Source of the DNA: Octopus vulgaris
Lineage: Eukaryota
Assembly (NCBI GenBank): GCA_951406725.2
Contig: OX597822.1
Coordinates: forward strand, 27,838,001-27,902,000
Reading direction: 5' to 3'
Length of the DNA stretch: 64,000 nt
Part shown: piece by piece, positions 1 to 13,150 of the stretch
How the letters are laid out: every line of letters begins with the position of its first letter
Position numbering within the stretch: the stretch's first letter is position 1
Notes under the pieces: model-generated
Database searches by the model: none
The model's input: the letters and a program-made list of their open reading frames with translations, nothing else
Told to the model about the DNA's origin: nothing
Program-made: the position numbers and the translations under genes

Positions 1-157
1 AGGAGGTCGAACAAGTGTAGTGTTATTGGATGGTCAGGAAAGGAAAGAAAGAAGGATTTAACGTTTCGGGTGGAGCTCTCCGTCAGAAACATGGGAAGTG
101 TAAAGATCTAAGGAAGGGAAGACGGAGAAAAAATCGCCAACGATATACACGCGGTCA
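1..157 (-). mobile_element. Short hammerhead-bearing repeat (family Z), partial
   Basis: Similar to 23941-24147. The minus strand at 57-89 reads ttt-CTGACGG-a-gagc-tcc-accc-GAAA-cg-TT-aaa, a decayed minimal hammerhead. Confidence 0.65.
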
Positions 158-286
158 CCTCACAAGGATTTGGTCGGCCCGAGGCTATAGTAGAAGGCAC
201 TTACCCAAGGTGCCACGCAGTGGGACTGAACTGGGAACCATGTGACTGGAAACCAAGCTACTTACCACACACCCACTCCTGCGGCT
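158..286 (-). mobile_element. tRNA-derived SINE type A, 5' part
   Basis: Reverse complement of the head of the SINE copies at 25348 and 42136 (tgtgtggtaag...ggttccc/agttcagtccc, ccttgggtaagtg CORE-like block). Confidence 0.85.
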
Positions 287-1042
287 ATATATATATATAT
301 ATACAAAGAAAGCCTAATTACGTGATCATCCAATGTGGCTACGCAAATCGTATCCAAAACGGATGCTAATTTGAGCTATGTTTTCTCTATGAAAACAAGA
401 GATTTTTTTAGCTCCTCTCAGAAAGAAAACATTTGCGGCAGCTTTATAAGGTTATTGGAATTATCTAAGGGGTATTGTGGAAATAATATGCTGTATGGTC
501 ATTTAGGCGTTTGGATTTGTGGTAGAATGTGAATGTGTGAAAAAAACGGTGGTTGCATGTGCTTAGTGCCTCATTATGTTTATTTAGTAGTGCTGGAGAG
601 TAGTGCTTTACTCTTTGCCCTATCATCTTTTGACACACTCATATATTTCCCTCTCTATCACCTTCACCTCCCCTTTCCTACTATCAATTTATCTTGACTG
701 ACCACTAACTGGTACACTTTCGCTCTCTTCATCTCTTTATTATCTCTCTCCTTGCTTTTCCTTTTTTCTTTATTCCTCTCTTCCTGTTTTTGATTTTAGT
801 TCACTTAAAATAAATCCTCGATTCAATAGCACTGTGTACAAACTCTAAACTTGGAATGACCAAGTTTAAATACTATTGGAATTTACAAGGTATTGGAATC
901 TTATATATATATTATTCTGCCTAAATAATGGATCTACACATGCAATATCCCTCCATATCTCACATCTATTTTCATTCTTCCACTTCACTCTCTATTTCAT
1001 ATCTTATCAAAATTAACTATTGCTTAACTATTTTCTCACACC

Positions 1043-1090
1043 GTCTCCAATGAAGGAATATAAAGAATATCTCGGAAAAAGCTGCACGAC
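1043..1090 (+). ncRNA. Decayed type I hammerhead ribozyme motif
   Basis: gtct-CCAATGA-aggaatat-aaaga-atatctcg-GAAA-aagctg-CA-cgac. Same layout as 28471-28550, but several core positions are mutated. Confidence 0.4.
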
Positions 1091-1175
1091 CTTCTATTTA
1101 TAAATGTTCTAAAATCTTTGCAGCCTTATTTTTTTATCTCATTCTGAAGAAATATTATACATATATATTATATAT

Positions 1176-1246
<71 letters not shown>

Positions 1247-1989
1247 TACTAACATGGATACATTCATGCATACCTACATACATATATACCTGCATACTTC
1301 AGCTGATGTTTTTGCCAAAGAAAGCTGTAATTTTATTGGACGATTAAGATATCACACATATTGTTTCGTAATATTTTCATGAAGAAAAATAATTACAATT
1401 GAACATAAAATCTAGCTACTTAACTGTATGTCCATAGAGATTTAATTTAATTATTTATTAATTCTTGGAGTGTTTTTCATTATTAAACATCATAACCATG
1501 ATTACTGTGAATAGTGCTGTGTTAAAAGGGACGCTGTTCAACAGAGCAGCCTGACATGCTAGAAATAGCAGCGAAATCTCTTTCTTACCATACCACCTTA
1601 AAAGAGAACATATGCTATGTAATTTAAGATTCCTTGCACATACCTAGAGACGCGATAATGAAATGTGGAATTATTTGATCATTGGTGCGTCCGTCTTGGG
1701 TTGTAAAACTAGTCAGTTTGCTATATGTAGCAGCCAAATGCTGCACAATTCGAACCCTATTGTCCATAAGAACATGCCGGAATAGACATTGCTAGAATAC
1801 CTTTCATGATAGATCCCCTCGATCAGGGGCTGTGAACCTTGATATAAATAATAACACCAACACGTACAATAGTATAGTAAATACAACAACGGCAACACAC
1901 CAGCAATAACAACAGCAACAATAACAATTAGAGGAACGAGGAGTTAATGATGACACATTTATATTATCGATCGACCTACTAGATATACA

Positions 1990-2206
1990 CTTTTACTCTT
2001 TACTTTTTTACTTGTTTCAGTCATGTGACTGCGGCCATGCTGGAGCACCGCCTTTAGTCGAGCAAATCGACTCTCAGGACTCATTCTTTGTAAACTTAGT
2101 ACTTATTCGATCGGTTATTTTTGCCGAACCGCTTTGTTATGGGGACGTAAACACACCAGCATCGGTTGTCAAGCGATGTTGGTGGGACAAACACAGACAC
2201 ACCAAC

Positions 2207-2288
<82 letters not shown>

Positions 2289-2442
2289 GACAGGCTTCTT
2301 TCAGTTTCTGTCTACCAAATCCACTCACAAGGATTTGGTCGGCCCGAGGCTATAGTAGAAGACACTTGTCCAAGGTGCCACGCAGTGAGAATGAATCTGG
2401 AACCATGTGGTTGGTAAGCAAGCTACTTACCACACAACTACT
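1990..2442 (-). mobile_element. tRNA-derived SINE type A with internal (TA)n/(TG)n
   Basis: Near full-length reverse complement of 42136-42592, including the (gtaaaaga)n tail. Confidence 0.9.
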
Positions 2443-3586
2443 AATAGTCAGAGGATTGAAGATAAGAAGAAGCAAAATACTAATTTCTTCTGTATCAAAG
2501 CAGCAGCGAAAAGTATTTTCATATTTAACAAATAAATCAGGTGTTTCTCGTTCTCGTCTTCTCGCTGTACTTGATTCTTTTCTCGATGCGCTTTCTCATA
2601 TTCTTGTCTGATTTTCATCGTTCATATTAGTCGCACTTCGCTCGCTCTCGTCGTTGCTGTTGTAGCAAGTAATGACCTCATTGTTTACTCTGCGTTTTCA
2701 CTTTGTCTGTGTTAACGTTCACCTCATTGCCGCAAATACATTTCCTGTTCTCGCTCTTTTGAGTTGGTCAGAGATGAAATTTAAAGTATTACACAATGAC
2801 TACCAACATCATGAAGAAGCCGACGGTAGTAATTATAACCACCAAATCTCCAGCAAATAACACATTTTCTCTGAAAGAAAAGGGATGCAACATTGAATAG
2901 ATGCATGATTGGGGGAAAACTATAAAATGCCTGTCTATATAGTTTATGTGATGTATATCATTCAACTATGGTAGTAGTTGAATAATATTCATAAGGCCGC
3001 AATGTGCTCACACGCAGAATCTTTCAGGTCTTGTCGCTAATTCTGTTCTAACCAAATTGAGAACTGTTACCATTTTTGAAGAGGACTGGTTCCTAGCTAT
3101 ATTTTGGCATAAGGAAAATTGAGATTTAATCCAGAAGGAAAAAGTTTTCATCAAAATTTGTAGCAAGGTTAAAGGAAACTAAGTAACGCCACCAATGAAG
3201 TTCAGATCTAAATAACGTTGTTATTTTAAAAGCAAATATATATTTATCTTAGCTTCAATGATAGAAGAAAGCATGAAAAACTTCATAGTTTTGCTCTCAT
3301 GCAACAAAAGTTTGTATCAAAAAAGCTGTGAGGTAAAATATCATGAAAAAAAATATAAGCCAAAAATTGGATTTAAGTATAATTAACATTTTTATTTTAA
3401 AAACAAACTATATATTGTAAAGTATAGAAGCCATCTTATCATGGCTAACCACATTGGGGAGGGGGTTGTTACTGTAGCTTTATAGCCCCAAGAGATCTTC
3501 GTCTCTAGCTGGCTCTAAACACAATATCTGTGTCTTTGGAGTATTTGCAAAGGGAGGCCATCCCTTCCTCGCATGCCTGAATGATA

Positions 3587-3629
3587 CGCTCGAACTACTT
3601 TCGGGATGGTTGTCCCTCGTCAACGGGCG
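3587..3629 (-). ncRNA. Type I hammerhead motif, left-arm copy (stem III mutated)
   Basis: Minus strand: cgcccg-TTGACGA-gggac-aacc-atccc-GAAA-gtag-TT-cgagcg. Confidence 0.65.
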
Positions 3630-3845
3630 GCAACCACCAGGTAGCGATGAAAGTGAAGGCTCCTTTGCAAATAGATATAAGCTTTTCTAATGGCGTCTGC
3701 CACTGATGTCGAAAAACGAACAGTAAGCATAATTAAATCTCAGAATGAGATTGAAACAGTAATCGCTCGATAATGTAAAGACGCCATTAGAAAAACATAT
3801 CTATTTGCAAAGGAGCCTTCACTTTCATCGCTACCTGGTGGTTGC

Positions 3846-3888
3846 CGCCCGTTGACGAGGGACAAACATCCCGAAACTAGTTCGAGCG
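3846..3888 (+). ncRNA. Type I minimal hammerhead ribozyme motif
   Basis: cgcccg-TTGACGA-gggac-aaac-atccc-GAAA-ctag-TT-cgagcg. Stem I pairs 5/6, core is the U3 variant, stem III is palindromic, cleavage triplet GUU. Confidence 0.75.
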
Positions 3889-4343
3889 TATCACTCAGGC
3901 TTGCGAGGAAGGGATGGCCTCCCTTTGCAAATACTCCAAAGAAACAGATATTGTGTTTAGAGCCAGCTAGAGACGAAGATCTCTTGGGGCTATAAAGCTA
4001 CAGTAACAACCCCCTCCCCAATGTGGTTAGCCATGATAAGATGGCTTCTATACTTTACATTATCGAACGATTACTCTTTCAATCTCATTCTGAGATTTAA
4101 TTATGCAAACTATATATTATTAAACTTAACTTATGGAGCTCAATTCAAGGAAGTTCATGGTATCAATCTTATGCAATGAAGTTTTAAAAGAAAAAAGTTA
4201 TGAGTATTTGTTTCTCAAATTTCTGTAGGGGGACGTTTAATATGTCACCGGCGCCATTGAGGTAAGGAAAAAATTATCAACGACACCACTAATTGACACA
4301 TCATATTTATTAGCATAATAGCATTCCCTGGAAAAAAACATAG

Positions 4344-5042
4344 ATTACATGGAAAAATACAAGCAAGATAAATAATATTCTTAAGATTATAAAACTGGAA
4401 AATTACAGAAGTTATTACACTTGGAAAAGTTCAGAACAACTTCTTTTATCTGGTAAAGTAGAGAACAAGAAAAGTTTTACTTAAAATATTGCAGCTAAGG
4501 ATAAAATTTAAATATTAGAAATTATTTGATTTTAATTTACAGAGTAAAATTATAAATAAAAAAGGTACTAAAATACTTAACATAGCTAAAATTTTATGCA
4601 AAATAGAATAGTAAATATGGTAGACAAATTCATTATGTAAAAAATAAGTATTAGCTCAAGACTAAAAACTACTATTTTTTATAACCTATTTTCAAATTGC
4701 TAATAGTTAATTAATAATTTAAGGAATGAATTTTTTGAAAGTGCAAAAAATATTTTGAGTTATTTTTTTTTATTTCTAATAAAAGTAACAAGTAATAACA
4801 AATAGAAGTAACAACATATAATACATTTTTAGCTTAAATAAAAACTAATATTTTCTAGAGCTAAATATTTTACTTGAAATTTTATACTTAACTGCAATAT
4901 TTTAAGTGAAAAAGTTCTCGTTCTGTGCTTTACCAGATATAAGTTGTCCTGAACTTTTCCAAGTGTAATAACTTGTCCCGCAATTTCCCAGCTTTATAAT
5001 CTTAAGAATATTATTTCTCTTGCTCGCCTTTTTCCATGTAAT
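4344..5042. mobile_element. Foldback/MITE-like element with ~190-bp diverged terminal inverted repeats
   Basis: 4344-4530 (attacatggaaaaa...) is the reverse complement of 4860-5042 (...tttttccatgtaat). The interior is AT-rich with no ORF. Confidence 0.75.
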
Positions 5043-6429
5043 TCCAATATGGAAGGCTTATGATTTCATCTCCTCAATGACGAATATCCTGGACATTCTG
5101 ACCTAATCCAATAACGCTTGTTCCGATATCGAAATCAGTTAACACAAACATTCATTGATTTGTGCGAAAGACAACTACACTAGAATGAAATTAAAATATT
5201 CAGTTGACACATTATAAGATCAAAGTACCAGAGCGTAAAACATTTATATTTTTTACTCATAGAACATCAATGACTTCAAATATCCAGTCTTAGAGAAATA
5301 TCTGAATGAAATTTTCATATTAAGATAACATAGCTACTCTTAGACATCTCAATGTATCACGAGACAAAATCTTTCTACCTAACTTATCCTCTTCAGTGAT
5401 GAATATTCCGGATATACCGAGTTAAGCTGAAAATTCTGTTCCAGTAGAGTAATATATAAACAAAAACCAGTATACAAATTGTGCAAAAGCTAGCGACGGC
5501 TGCAACATCTTTGACTATACAATTCGTGTGATTAAATATTACCTGCCTTTAAGCAACACTTCTAGCAGAATAACTACTACAATTATCATCACCACAAGTA
5601 ATACTTTGCAAATGGATTTCAGTCGGTTTCAAAACGACAGTATACTCATCTATTTAGCATTTATGTGGATGAGAATTCCATGACACAAGTACTCATAACG
5701 TAATACTCCGTAAATGATTGTGTAACAAGGCTGGCGCTTAAAATGCACTTACAACCCATTCTGGAGGCTCACCAACGATATATGTCGATGTAATTTTACC
5801 AATAAGGCTAGGCTGACTCGAGGTATACTGTGATTTAAAGTAAAAACACTCACCAAAGAGATTATACAATGGGTTTAAAACTGTGATTTCATGATTGCCA
5901 AGCGGACATCTTACCATTTGGCTATGCATACGTCCATATATCATTTAATATATCTTACTATATTGCCTAGGGCATAATGAAGTGATAACGTTGGTCTCCG
6001 AAGCAGGATTGATTAAAATTATCATCAACAAATGTGATTATTATTGTAAAGAAACCATTGTCTGCAGACATGCGTGGGTTTTAATATTATTTATCAAAAG
6101 AGAAAACGTCTGCGAGAAAATAGCTGTGGTAATGGTGTGTCTACAAGGTTTTCGTGGAAGCAAACATTAGGACAAAACATGAATGAGAATATATACTGCA
6201 AAGGAAATCGAATGGAAAAGAGAATAAAAACACTTTTGTGAAACGTGTCGGGATTATAGACACCATCGATAGAGTAGAAAATTTTGGAAGGGAGCGATGT
6301 GTGTGTGTGTGTGAGAGAGAGAGTGAGAGAGAAAGAAAGAGAGAGGGAGTGTGTGTGTGTGTGTGTGTGTAGAAGTACGTATATATGCATATGAAGAGGG
6401 TTAATATAGACAAAGGAGCTACGTTCAAA

Positions 6430-6584
6430 GGATAATGACGATGATGATGGTGGTGGAGGTGTTGGAAGTGGCGGCGGCGGTGGTGGTGGTGGTGGTCGTC
6501 GTCGTCGTCGTCGTTGATGGCAGTGATAGTGTTGAGGAAGAGTAGGAGGAGAAAGTGAGGAAAGAAGAAACACAACAGCTGCTT

Positions 6585-6627
<43 letters not shown>

Positions 6628-6645
6628 AACTACTACTACTACTAC

Positions 6646-6687
<42 letters not shown>

Positions 6688-6697
6688 TAACAATAAC

Positions 6698-6765
<68 letters not shown>

Positions 6766-6850
6766 TAGTAATAATAATACTGAGGCTGCTGCTGCTGCTT
6801 CTGCTGCTACTACAAAGGCAATGTTATCAAAAACAACAGCAACACTAACA
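6430..6850. repeat. Compound trinucleotide microsatellite (GAT/GGT/GTC/CTA/TAA/CTG)
   Basis: Directly visible tandem triplets. Confidence 0.95.
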
Positions 6851-7254
6851 GCAAGAAAATAGAAGGAGCAAAAAAGACAAAAAGCAAATAATGAAAGAAA
6901 ACTGGGATACAAAATGTCTGAAAACTTGCCTCTTACTCCCTTTCTCTCTTTCTCGCCAAATGTAAGTATTAAAGGTATTGAATAACACGGCTGTTTTCAT
7001 ACCACGTGATTCATGTTTTGTTTTGCTTTGGAGCAACGATTGTATTTCAGACTGTATTGATCGATAATTTCAATTCGACTGTCGCTTCAGAATTTATTAG
7101 ACTTTAGAGATAATGAAGAAAAAGAAAGAAAGAAAGAAAAATATCAAGAATAAAGGTTGGTTTTCCTTTAAGCCTTATCTGGAGACAGAACATGAATAAA
7201 TAAATAACTAAACAAATAAAGACATTAAGAACATAGTTTATATAGACAATTTAG

Positions 7255-7930
7255 ATATGGTGGTGGTGGTGGTGGTGGTGATGATGATGACGATGGTGAG
7301 AACAACAATGACTGCAAAAGCAATGAGGGCAACGACGGAGGTGACAACGACTAAGGCGACGACGCTGATGTTGAATAAGGCGTCCATGATGGTGAACATA
7401 AATATGTTCCTATACTCATAGGATAGTAGTGATGCTAAGGTTAAAGATGATGTATGTAATGATGATGATGATGATGATGATGGTGATGACGACGACGACA
7501 CTGTTGCTGCTGGTGATATCGATAATAATGACCATGAAGACAATGATAAAAATGATCCTCTTCGTAGTAGATGTGATGCTAAACGAGAAGTCCATGATGA
7601 TAATGATGATGATGTAGATGATAATGATAATGTGTAGATGATGATGATGATGATGAGTAGGAGAAGGTGTGGTGGGTGGGGTGGGTGGAATGCGGTGATG
7701 AAGGCAGCAATGTTGTTGATGATGGTGATGTTGATAAGAATAATGATGATGATGATGATGGCCACGAAGACGTTGCTGATGATGAAGATGGTCATTGTGG
7801 TGGTAGTAATGACCGTGTTGGTGGTGATTATAACGATGATGATAATGATGATGATGATGATGATGATGATAGTTTTGGTGGTGAGAGTGGAGGCAATGAA
7901 TGCGGTGCTGTTGGTGGTAGTGGGTGATGG
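7255..7930. repeat. Degenerate (GAT)n-derived trinucleotide array
   Basis: Directly visible; it explains the homopolymeric ORFs on both strands. Confidence 0.95.
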
Positions 7931-8439
7931 GAGTATGGAATGTGTCTATATCTGCGATTGAACATATAATTTGAAGGTTACATATGGAGAAAAATCGAGA
8001 AGACTGTGTGTGAGAGAGGGAGAGAGAGAGAGAGAGAAAGAGAGAGAAAGAGAAAGAGAGAGAGAGAGAGAGAAAAGGGGAAGAAAGAGAAATCAAAATG
8101 AATAAATAAATAAATAAATAAGTAAATGAATAGATCGAGAGATATATAAGAAGCTGATTTGTTGAAGAATAGTATATATTGATACATGGACAGATTAATA
8201 TATTTTTGGAAGGAAATTAGATATCCCCAAAATGGGAATTCTTGTACAAGAATTAGATGAATAAGACGAAGATGATGATTACAATACCGATAGTGATGAT
8301 GAGAAGGAGAAGTAGAGACAGAAGGAAGAGTACGGACATCATCTTCATTTTTATATTCATCAATAAAAAATCCACAGTTACATCAATAAAAGAAACACCG
8401 AAATCAATAATAGTAATAATAATGATAATAATAATAATG

Positions 8440-8500
<61 letters not shown>

Positions 8501-8503
<3 letters not shown>

Positions 8504-8976
8504 ATTGTTTTGTCTTGGTATAAAAATTGGCCACGGCACATATTCTGCTTAATATCATAAATTTGCTTGACCTTAACTAGTTGAGCATGTCCTTTAGGGC
8601 ATGACGATATGCGCATCTCTGATTACGAGCAGAGGTAGTGAGGGAGCATCATAGCCATGTGCTGAGATGAATTCTTTGATGTTTGAATAATTCACCTCTG
8701 GAATCATGGGTATTTCGTTCAACATTCTTAAACAACCCTTATTCAGGGTCCTTTTGAGCGGGATGGCCTACTCGACCTGAAAAAGTCCAACTGGGCACCA
8801 CCTGCAAGATCATGCGATGTTTATCTTGATATGAGAACACCATGTCGCGCACATATGGTTGTAATGCATGTGCCTTGTGTACCCTTATCAGACAAGTAAT
8901 CATGGTGGGTATACTTGGCTTCGTATATTTTACTCCAGTGTAACTTTGATGGCATGCACTGCTCTCTCATTCACAC
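8501..8976 (+). mobile_element. Non-coding (TAA)n-targeted element X, slightly 5'-truncated
   Basis: Matches 60754-61308 and is flanked on both sides by (TAA)n. Confidence 0.85.
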
Positions 8977-9285
<309 letters not shown>

Positions 9286-9303
9286 TAATAATAATAATAA
9301 TTA

Positions 9304-9395
<92 letters not shown>

Positions 9396-9407
9396 TATTA
9401 TTATTAT

Positions 9408-9660
9408 ATGCCACTACCAAACAAACACTGTGGATAAATAATATCCAGAAAAAATAGAAAATCCTTAACGAAAGTTGTAGACAATCAACACTTAATAACC
9501 AACAAGAAGAGAACCAAAATACTGTGTAAATACAAAAATACAGAAAAAGGTTTACCTGAGGTAAAAGAACATCTAAAGCAAGATATCCTTGCCAAAGCAC
9601 AAAGAATACGTCGGTGTGAGAAACGCCAACGTTTCTTTTAACAGAACAAACAGTTCAAAC
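9408..9660 (+). pseudogene. Dong/R4 ORF fragment (region before the RT)
   Basis: Translates to KEHLKQDILAKAQRIRRCEKRQRFF, matching KETLKQKVQAKAQRIRRFEKRNKFY in ORF 53085-56774. Confidence 0.8.
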
Positions 9661-9884
9661 AAAAACACATGGAATGTGTTATATATTTTATGATTATTAG
9701 TGCTATAAATATATAAAATATATAACAGATTCCACGAATAAATGGCAGACAGTGCTACAGCTCCAAAAAAAAAAAAAACGAGGGACTCATAAAAACCAAA
9801 GCCATCCCCAATAATCGTAATAATTCCTTTCTATAGAAAATATAATATATAATATTATATAAAATATAATATATTATATATAGA

Positions 9885-10250
9885 AAAAGAGTGACACTCA
9901 CTCGCTGATCTTGCAACAAGCAAAGTATCTAGTTAGAAAATCGCTATAAGAGACTGTTACTTATATTGCGAGCTGGAACGAACTACTGCTATCTCTAGCG
10001 GGCAGGCATCCATCACTAGGGATGGGTGAAAATACCCTGAAACCGGCCTGTCCAGTGGTCCTGTCAAGTAGCTAGAAGTTGTTGGGGGGTTCGTTCCCCT
10101 GCCTGCAAAGTAATATCGAGAAGAGATTGCATCGATAAACTGCCAGAGGAGGCGTCCCCTCGGAGTTAAAATATGATCGTAACGTCGGTTTGTACGGTGC
10201 AGCCATGTCAAAGTGGCGGAAAACATTACTATTCAGTACAGTTACTACTT
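9885..10250 (+). mobile_element. Diverged family Y copy with decayed hammerhead (10014-10050)
   Basis: ca-CTAGGGA-tgggt-gaaaat-accct-GAAA-ccgg-CC-tg. The downstream sequence resembles 49380-49580 and 3890-4050. Confidence 0.55.
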
Positions 10251-10272
10251 ATATATCTTATAGAAATTTTCG

Positions 10273-10336
<64 letters not shown>

Positions 10337-10339
10337 GTA

Positions 10340-10505
10340 TTTTTTTTTCTCTCCTTGTTTCTTTTCTGTGTATCTTTCTGTCGAAGAGCGTAGGCTCGAA
10401 ACGTAAAAGACTTGTTTTATTTATATTCCTGAGCGCCATACTAATACATTATTTGTTTGTACTCCACCTGCCTTCGTCTTTTGTTTATTTTCGTAAACCT
10501 GCCCG
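10340..10505 (+). mobile_element. Family Z short element in (TA)n with minimal hammerhead-like motif (10373-10410)
   Basis: tcttt-CTGTCGA-a-gagc-gtag-gctc-GAAA-cg-TA-aaaga. Homologous to 29430-29575 and 37420-37590. Confidence 0.7.
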
Positions 10506-10566
<61 letters not shown>

Positions 10567-10569
<3 letters not shown>

Positions 10570-10697
10570 GCTGTCCCCAAAAAATGTATACACATAGTGG
10601 TTCGGCAAAAGACAACGATGGAATAAGTACTAGGCTTACAAAGAATAACAAATTTACAATTATTTAAGGTGTGTATACATTTTTTTGGGACACCCTG
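10567..10697. mobile_element. Tc1/mariner-type MITE with ~28-bp TIRs and TA flanks
   Basis: TIRs caggctgtccccaaaaaatgtatacaca / tgtgtatacatttttttgggacaccctg, inserted in (TA)n. Confidence 0.8.
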
Positions 10698-10729
<32 letters not shown>

Positions 10730-11579
10730 CGTGTGTGTGTGTCTATGTATGTATGTATGTATGTATGTATGTACGTTAACCTTTATTTTAATGTCGAACC
10801 GGTATAAAGAGAATTTTACATAAAATGGAAGGATGAGTTAATACGTTTTGTTGAGTACATATAAAACCATAGTGCAGAGTTTGTGGACTAGGCTTTTTTC
10901 TATTATGCTGCTGGCGTGAGTATTAGTAATGACATTTATTATAGCATACTATTTGGCATGTATGGATACACAAATGTGTGTGTGTGTGTGTGTTGGTGTG
11001 TGTGGGGTGGGGGGTAATGAAAATTTTTGTACCTGTACTCATATAAAAGAAAATACAGAAATGTTTGTCAGTAGCCCACTAAATTTTCGCAGTCGAGTAT
11101 TATAGTATTATTAAGTATAGAATTACCAGAAATTACAAATATAACCGTACAGTTATTTGAATGAATCCGCCCCCGGAGTGCTATGTTACGTTTTATTTTC
11201 TTTATTGAAACCAATGAAAGAGTAAGTGCTTCACAGGATTGTTTCCAAAAACTGTGAATCATCATTGAATAAAAATTACATGTTCCCAACGCAATAGCAA
11301 AAATATATTTTTGCAAATCAGTAATTGTTTTACAACAGCGACGTTGGTTTTATAAAGAGACCTTCAGGATACGTGACATGGTTTGTAAGGGTTATTATAA
11401 GAAAATATGACACCAGCTTGCTAAGAGTAAGTATTATGTCGTTATTATATGAACATGCAAAATGTCTTACTTTGATTTGATATTCACTATTTAACTGCGA
11501 AAATCAACATGTAACTGGTCGAATATAAACGTTGCTGTCAAACTAGGTTGTCTTCTGTGTCCTGTATATTTCAAAGAGG

Positions 11580-11956
11580 GCAATGGCCCAGCGGTTAGGG
11601 CAGCTGACTCGCGGTCGTGGGATCGCGGTTTCGATTCCCAGACCGGGCGTTGTGAGTGTTTATTGAGCGAAAACACCTAAAGCTCCACGAGGCTACGGCA
11701 GGGATGGTGGTGATCTCTGCTGTACTCTTTCACCACAACTTACTCTCACTCTTTCTTCCTGTTACTGTTGTACCTGTATTTCAAAGGGCCGGCCTTGTCA
11801 CTCTCTGTGTCACGCTGAATATCCCCGAGAACTACGTTAAGGGTACACGTGTCTGTGGAGTGCTCAGCCACTTACACGTTAATTTCACGAGCAGGCTGTT
11901 CCGCTGATCGGATCAACCGGAACCCTCGTCGTCGTAACCGACGGAGTGCTTCCATA
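11580..11956 (+). mobile_element. tRNA-derived SINE type B (tail 1) with 16-bp TSD
   Basis: A-box tggcccagcggtt and B-box-like ggtttcgattcc. TSD gtatatttcaaagagg at 11564-11579 and 11957-11972. Confidence 0.9.
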
Positions 11957-12510
11957 GTATATTTCAAAGAGGTTAGAGAATAAATAATTATCAGAAACCC
12001 TATAGTTACTTGACAGAAAGTTGAAATTGGGATGTAGAAAAGTCAAACACTTCCTGTTTTCTTTGTAGATACATTTATTTTAAGAGAAATGATGATTGAT
12101 AACTTAAAGATATAACTGGAAACAGTCTTGGTATATATGCTAGAATCTATGGAATGGAAAGCAAGCGACAGAAAAATAGGAAAATGATGGTAACACTTCA
12201 CAGATATCAACGAATCCACTTGAAATAGTACAAAAGACATTCAGATATTTTGCTGGATCCTGTTGAATATTTTGGTAGCATAATATCGAAATAAGTGAGA
12301 TCAAAGAAAGCATAAAATTGCTGTAACCACAACGACTTCTGCAAAAGGTACACGGCTTTTGGAAAAAAAAATTGATTACAATTTCAAGAAAAATACATAA
12401 TTCAAGAGGAATCGTAATTTCAAAAGGCCAAAAGACTAATTCCTGGACCTTAGTCGTGAAATTGAGAGCACTATCAGGAACATTGAAGTGTTAGAATGTA
12501 ATCTTAAGAA

Positions 12511-12896
12511 GGCGGCGACCTGGTAGAATCGTTAGCATGACGGGCGAAATGCTTTGTGGTATTTCATCTGCCGCTACGTTCTGAGTTCAAATTCCGCCGA
12601 GGTCGACTTTGCCTTTCATCCTTTCGGGGTCGATTAAATAAGTATCAGATACGCACTGGGGTCGATATAATCGACTTAATCCGTTTGTCTGTCCTTGTTT
12701 GTTCTCTGTGTTTAGCCCCTTGTGGGTAGTAAAGAAATAGGTATTTCGCCTGTCTTTACATTCTGAGTTCAAATTCCACCGAGATCGACTTCGCCATTCA
12801 TCATTTCGGGGTCAATAAATTAAGTATCAGTTGCGTACTGGGGCCAATCTAATCGACTGGCTCAAAAATTTCGAGCCTTGTGCCTAGAGAAGAAAA
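12511..12896 (+). mobile_element. tRNA-derived SINE type C (Meta-domain-like centre), internally duplicated
   Basis: Head ggcggcgacctggtagaatcgttag...gagttcaaattcc; central gcctttcatcctttcggggtcgat occurs twice; flanking repeat agaatgtaat. Confidence 0.85.
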
Positions 12897-13150
12897 GAAT
12901 GTAATGTTATGTAAAAACTACTACTTTTCGTCTCATACATAAGATCGAGATAACTAGAACGCGAAGAAATTGTAGGGCTGAAAACCGACCAAGAAACTTT
13001 TCTGACAATTGTTTAAAAGACAGAAATATAAAGATGACACCAGTAAACTCGAGAAAAGATTTTCCGAATGTGAAATATAATGCTGAAATACGTATAGTAA
13101 AAACCAAAACAGAAAAGAAGAGTAATATAAAACGTATTGAGAAACATGAA

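Larger units (their letters stand above)
3404..4118. mobile_element. Palindromic insertion of a 358-nt hammerhead-bearing unit (retrozyme / Penelope pLTR-like, family Y) with 13-bp TSD
   Basis: Arms 3416-3698 and 3779-4059 are near-perfect reverse complements. 3727-3780 is the reverse complement of 4053-4106. The direct repeat caaactatatatt lies at 3404-3416 and 4106-4118. Confidence 0.9.

Noticed and set aside
3699-3730. ctgatgtcgaaaaacgaacag as a second hammerhead in the family Y unit
   Set aside because: The core is incomplete and there is no stem I; it is at most a small hairpin.
6914-6967. Candidate exon ATGTCTGAA...CCAAAT|gtaagt (MSENLPLTPFLSFSPN)
   Set aside because: The donor is good, but there is no recognisable protein or linked exon; such sites occur by chance.
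6094-8096. Long ORFs rich in poly-L/V/I/M/H (also 44616-45105 and 50942-51649)
   Set aside because: They are translations of stop-free microsatellites on both strands, with no domain signal.
11580-11650. tRNA gene (also 42646-42715 and 63414-63484)
   Set aside because: A/B boxes are present, but there is no complete cloverleaf and the sequences continue into SINE bodies or microsatellite.
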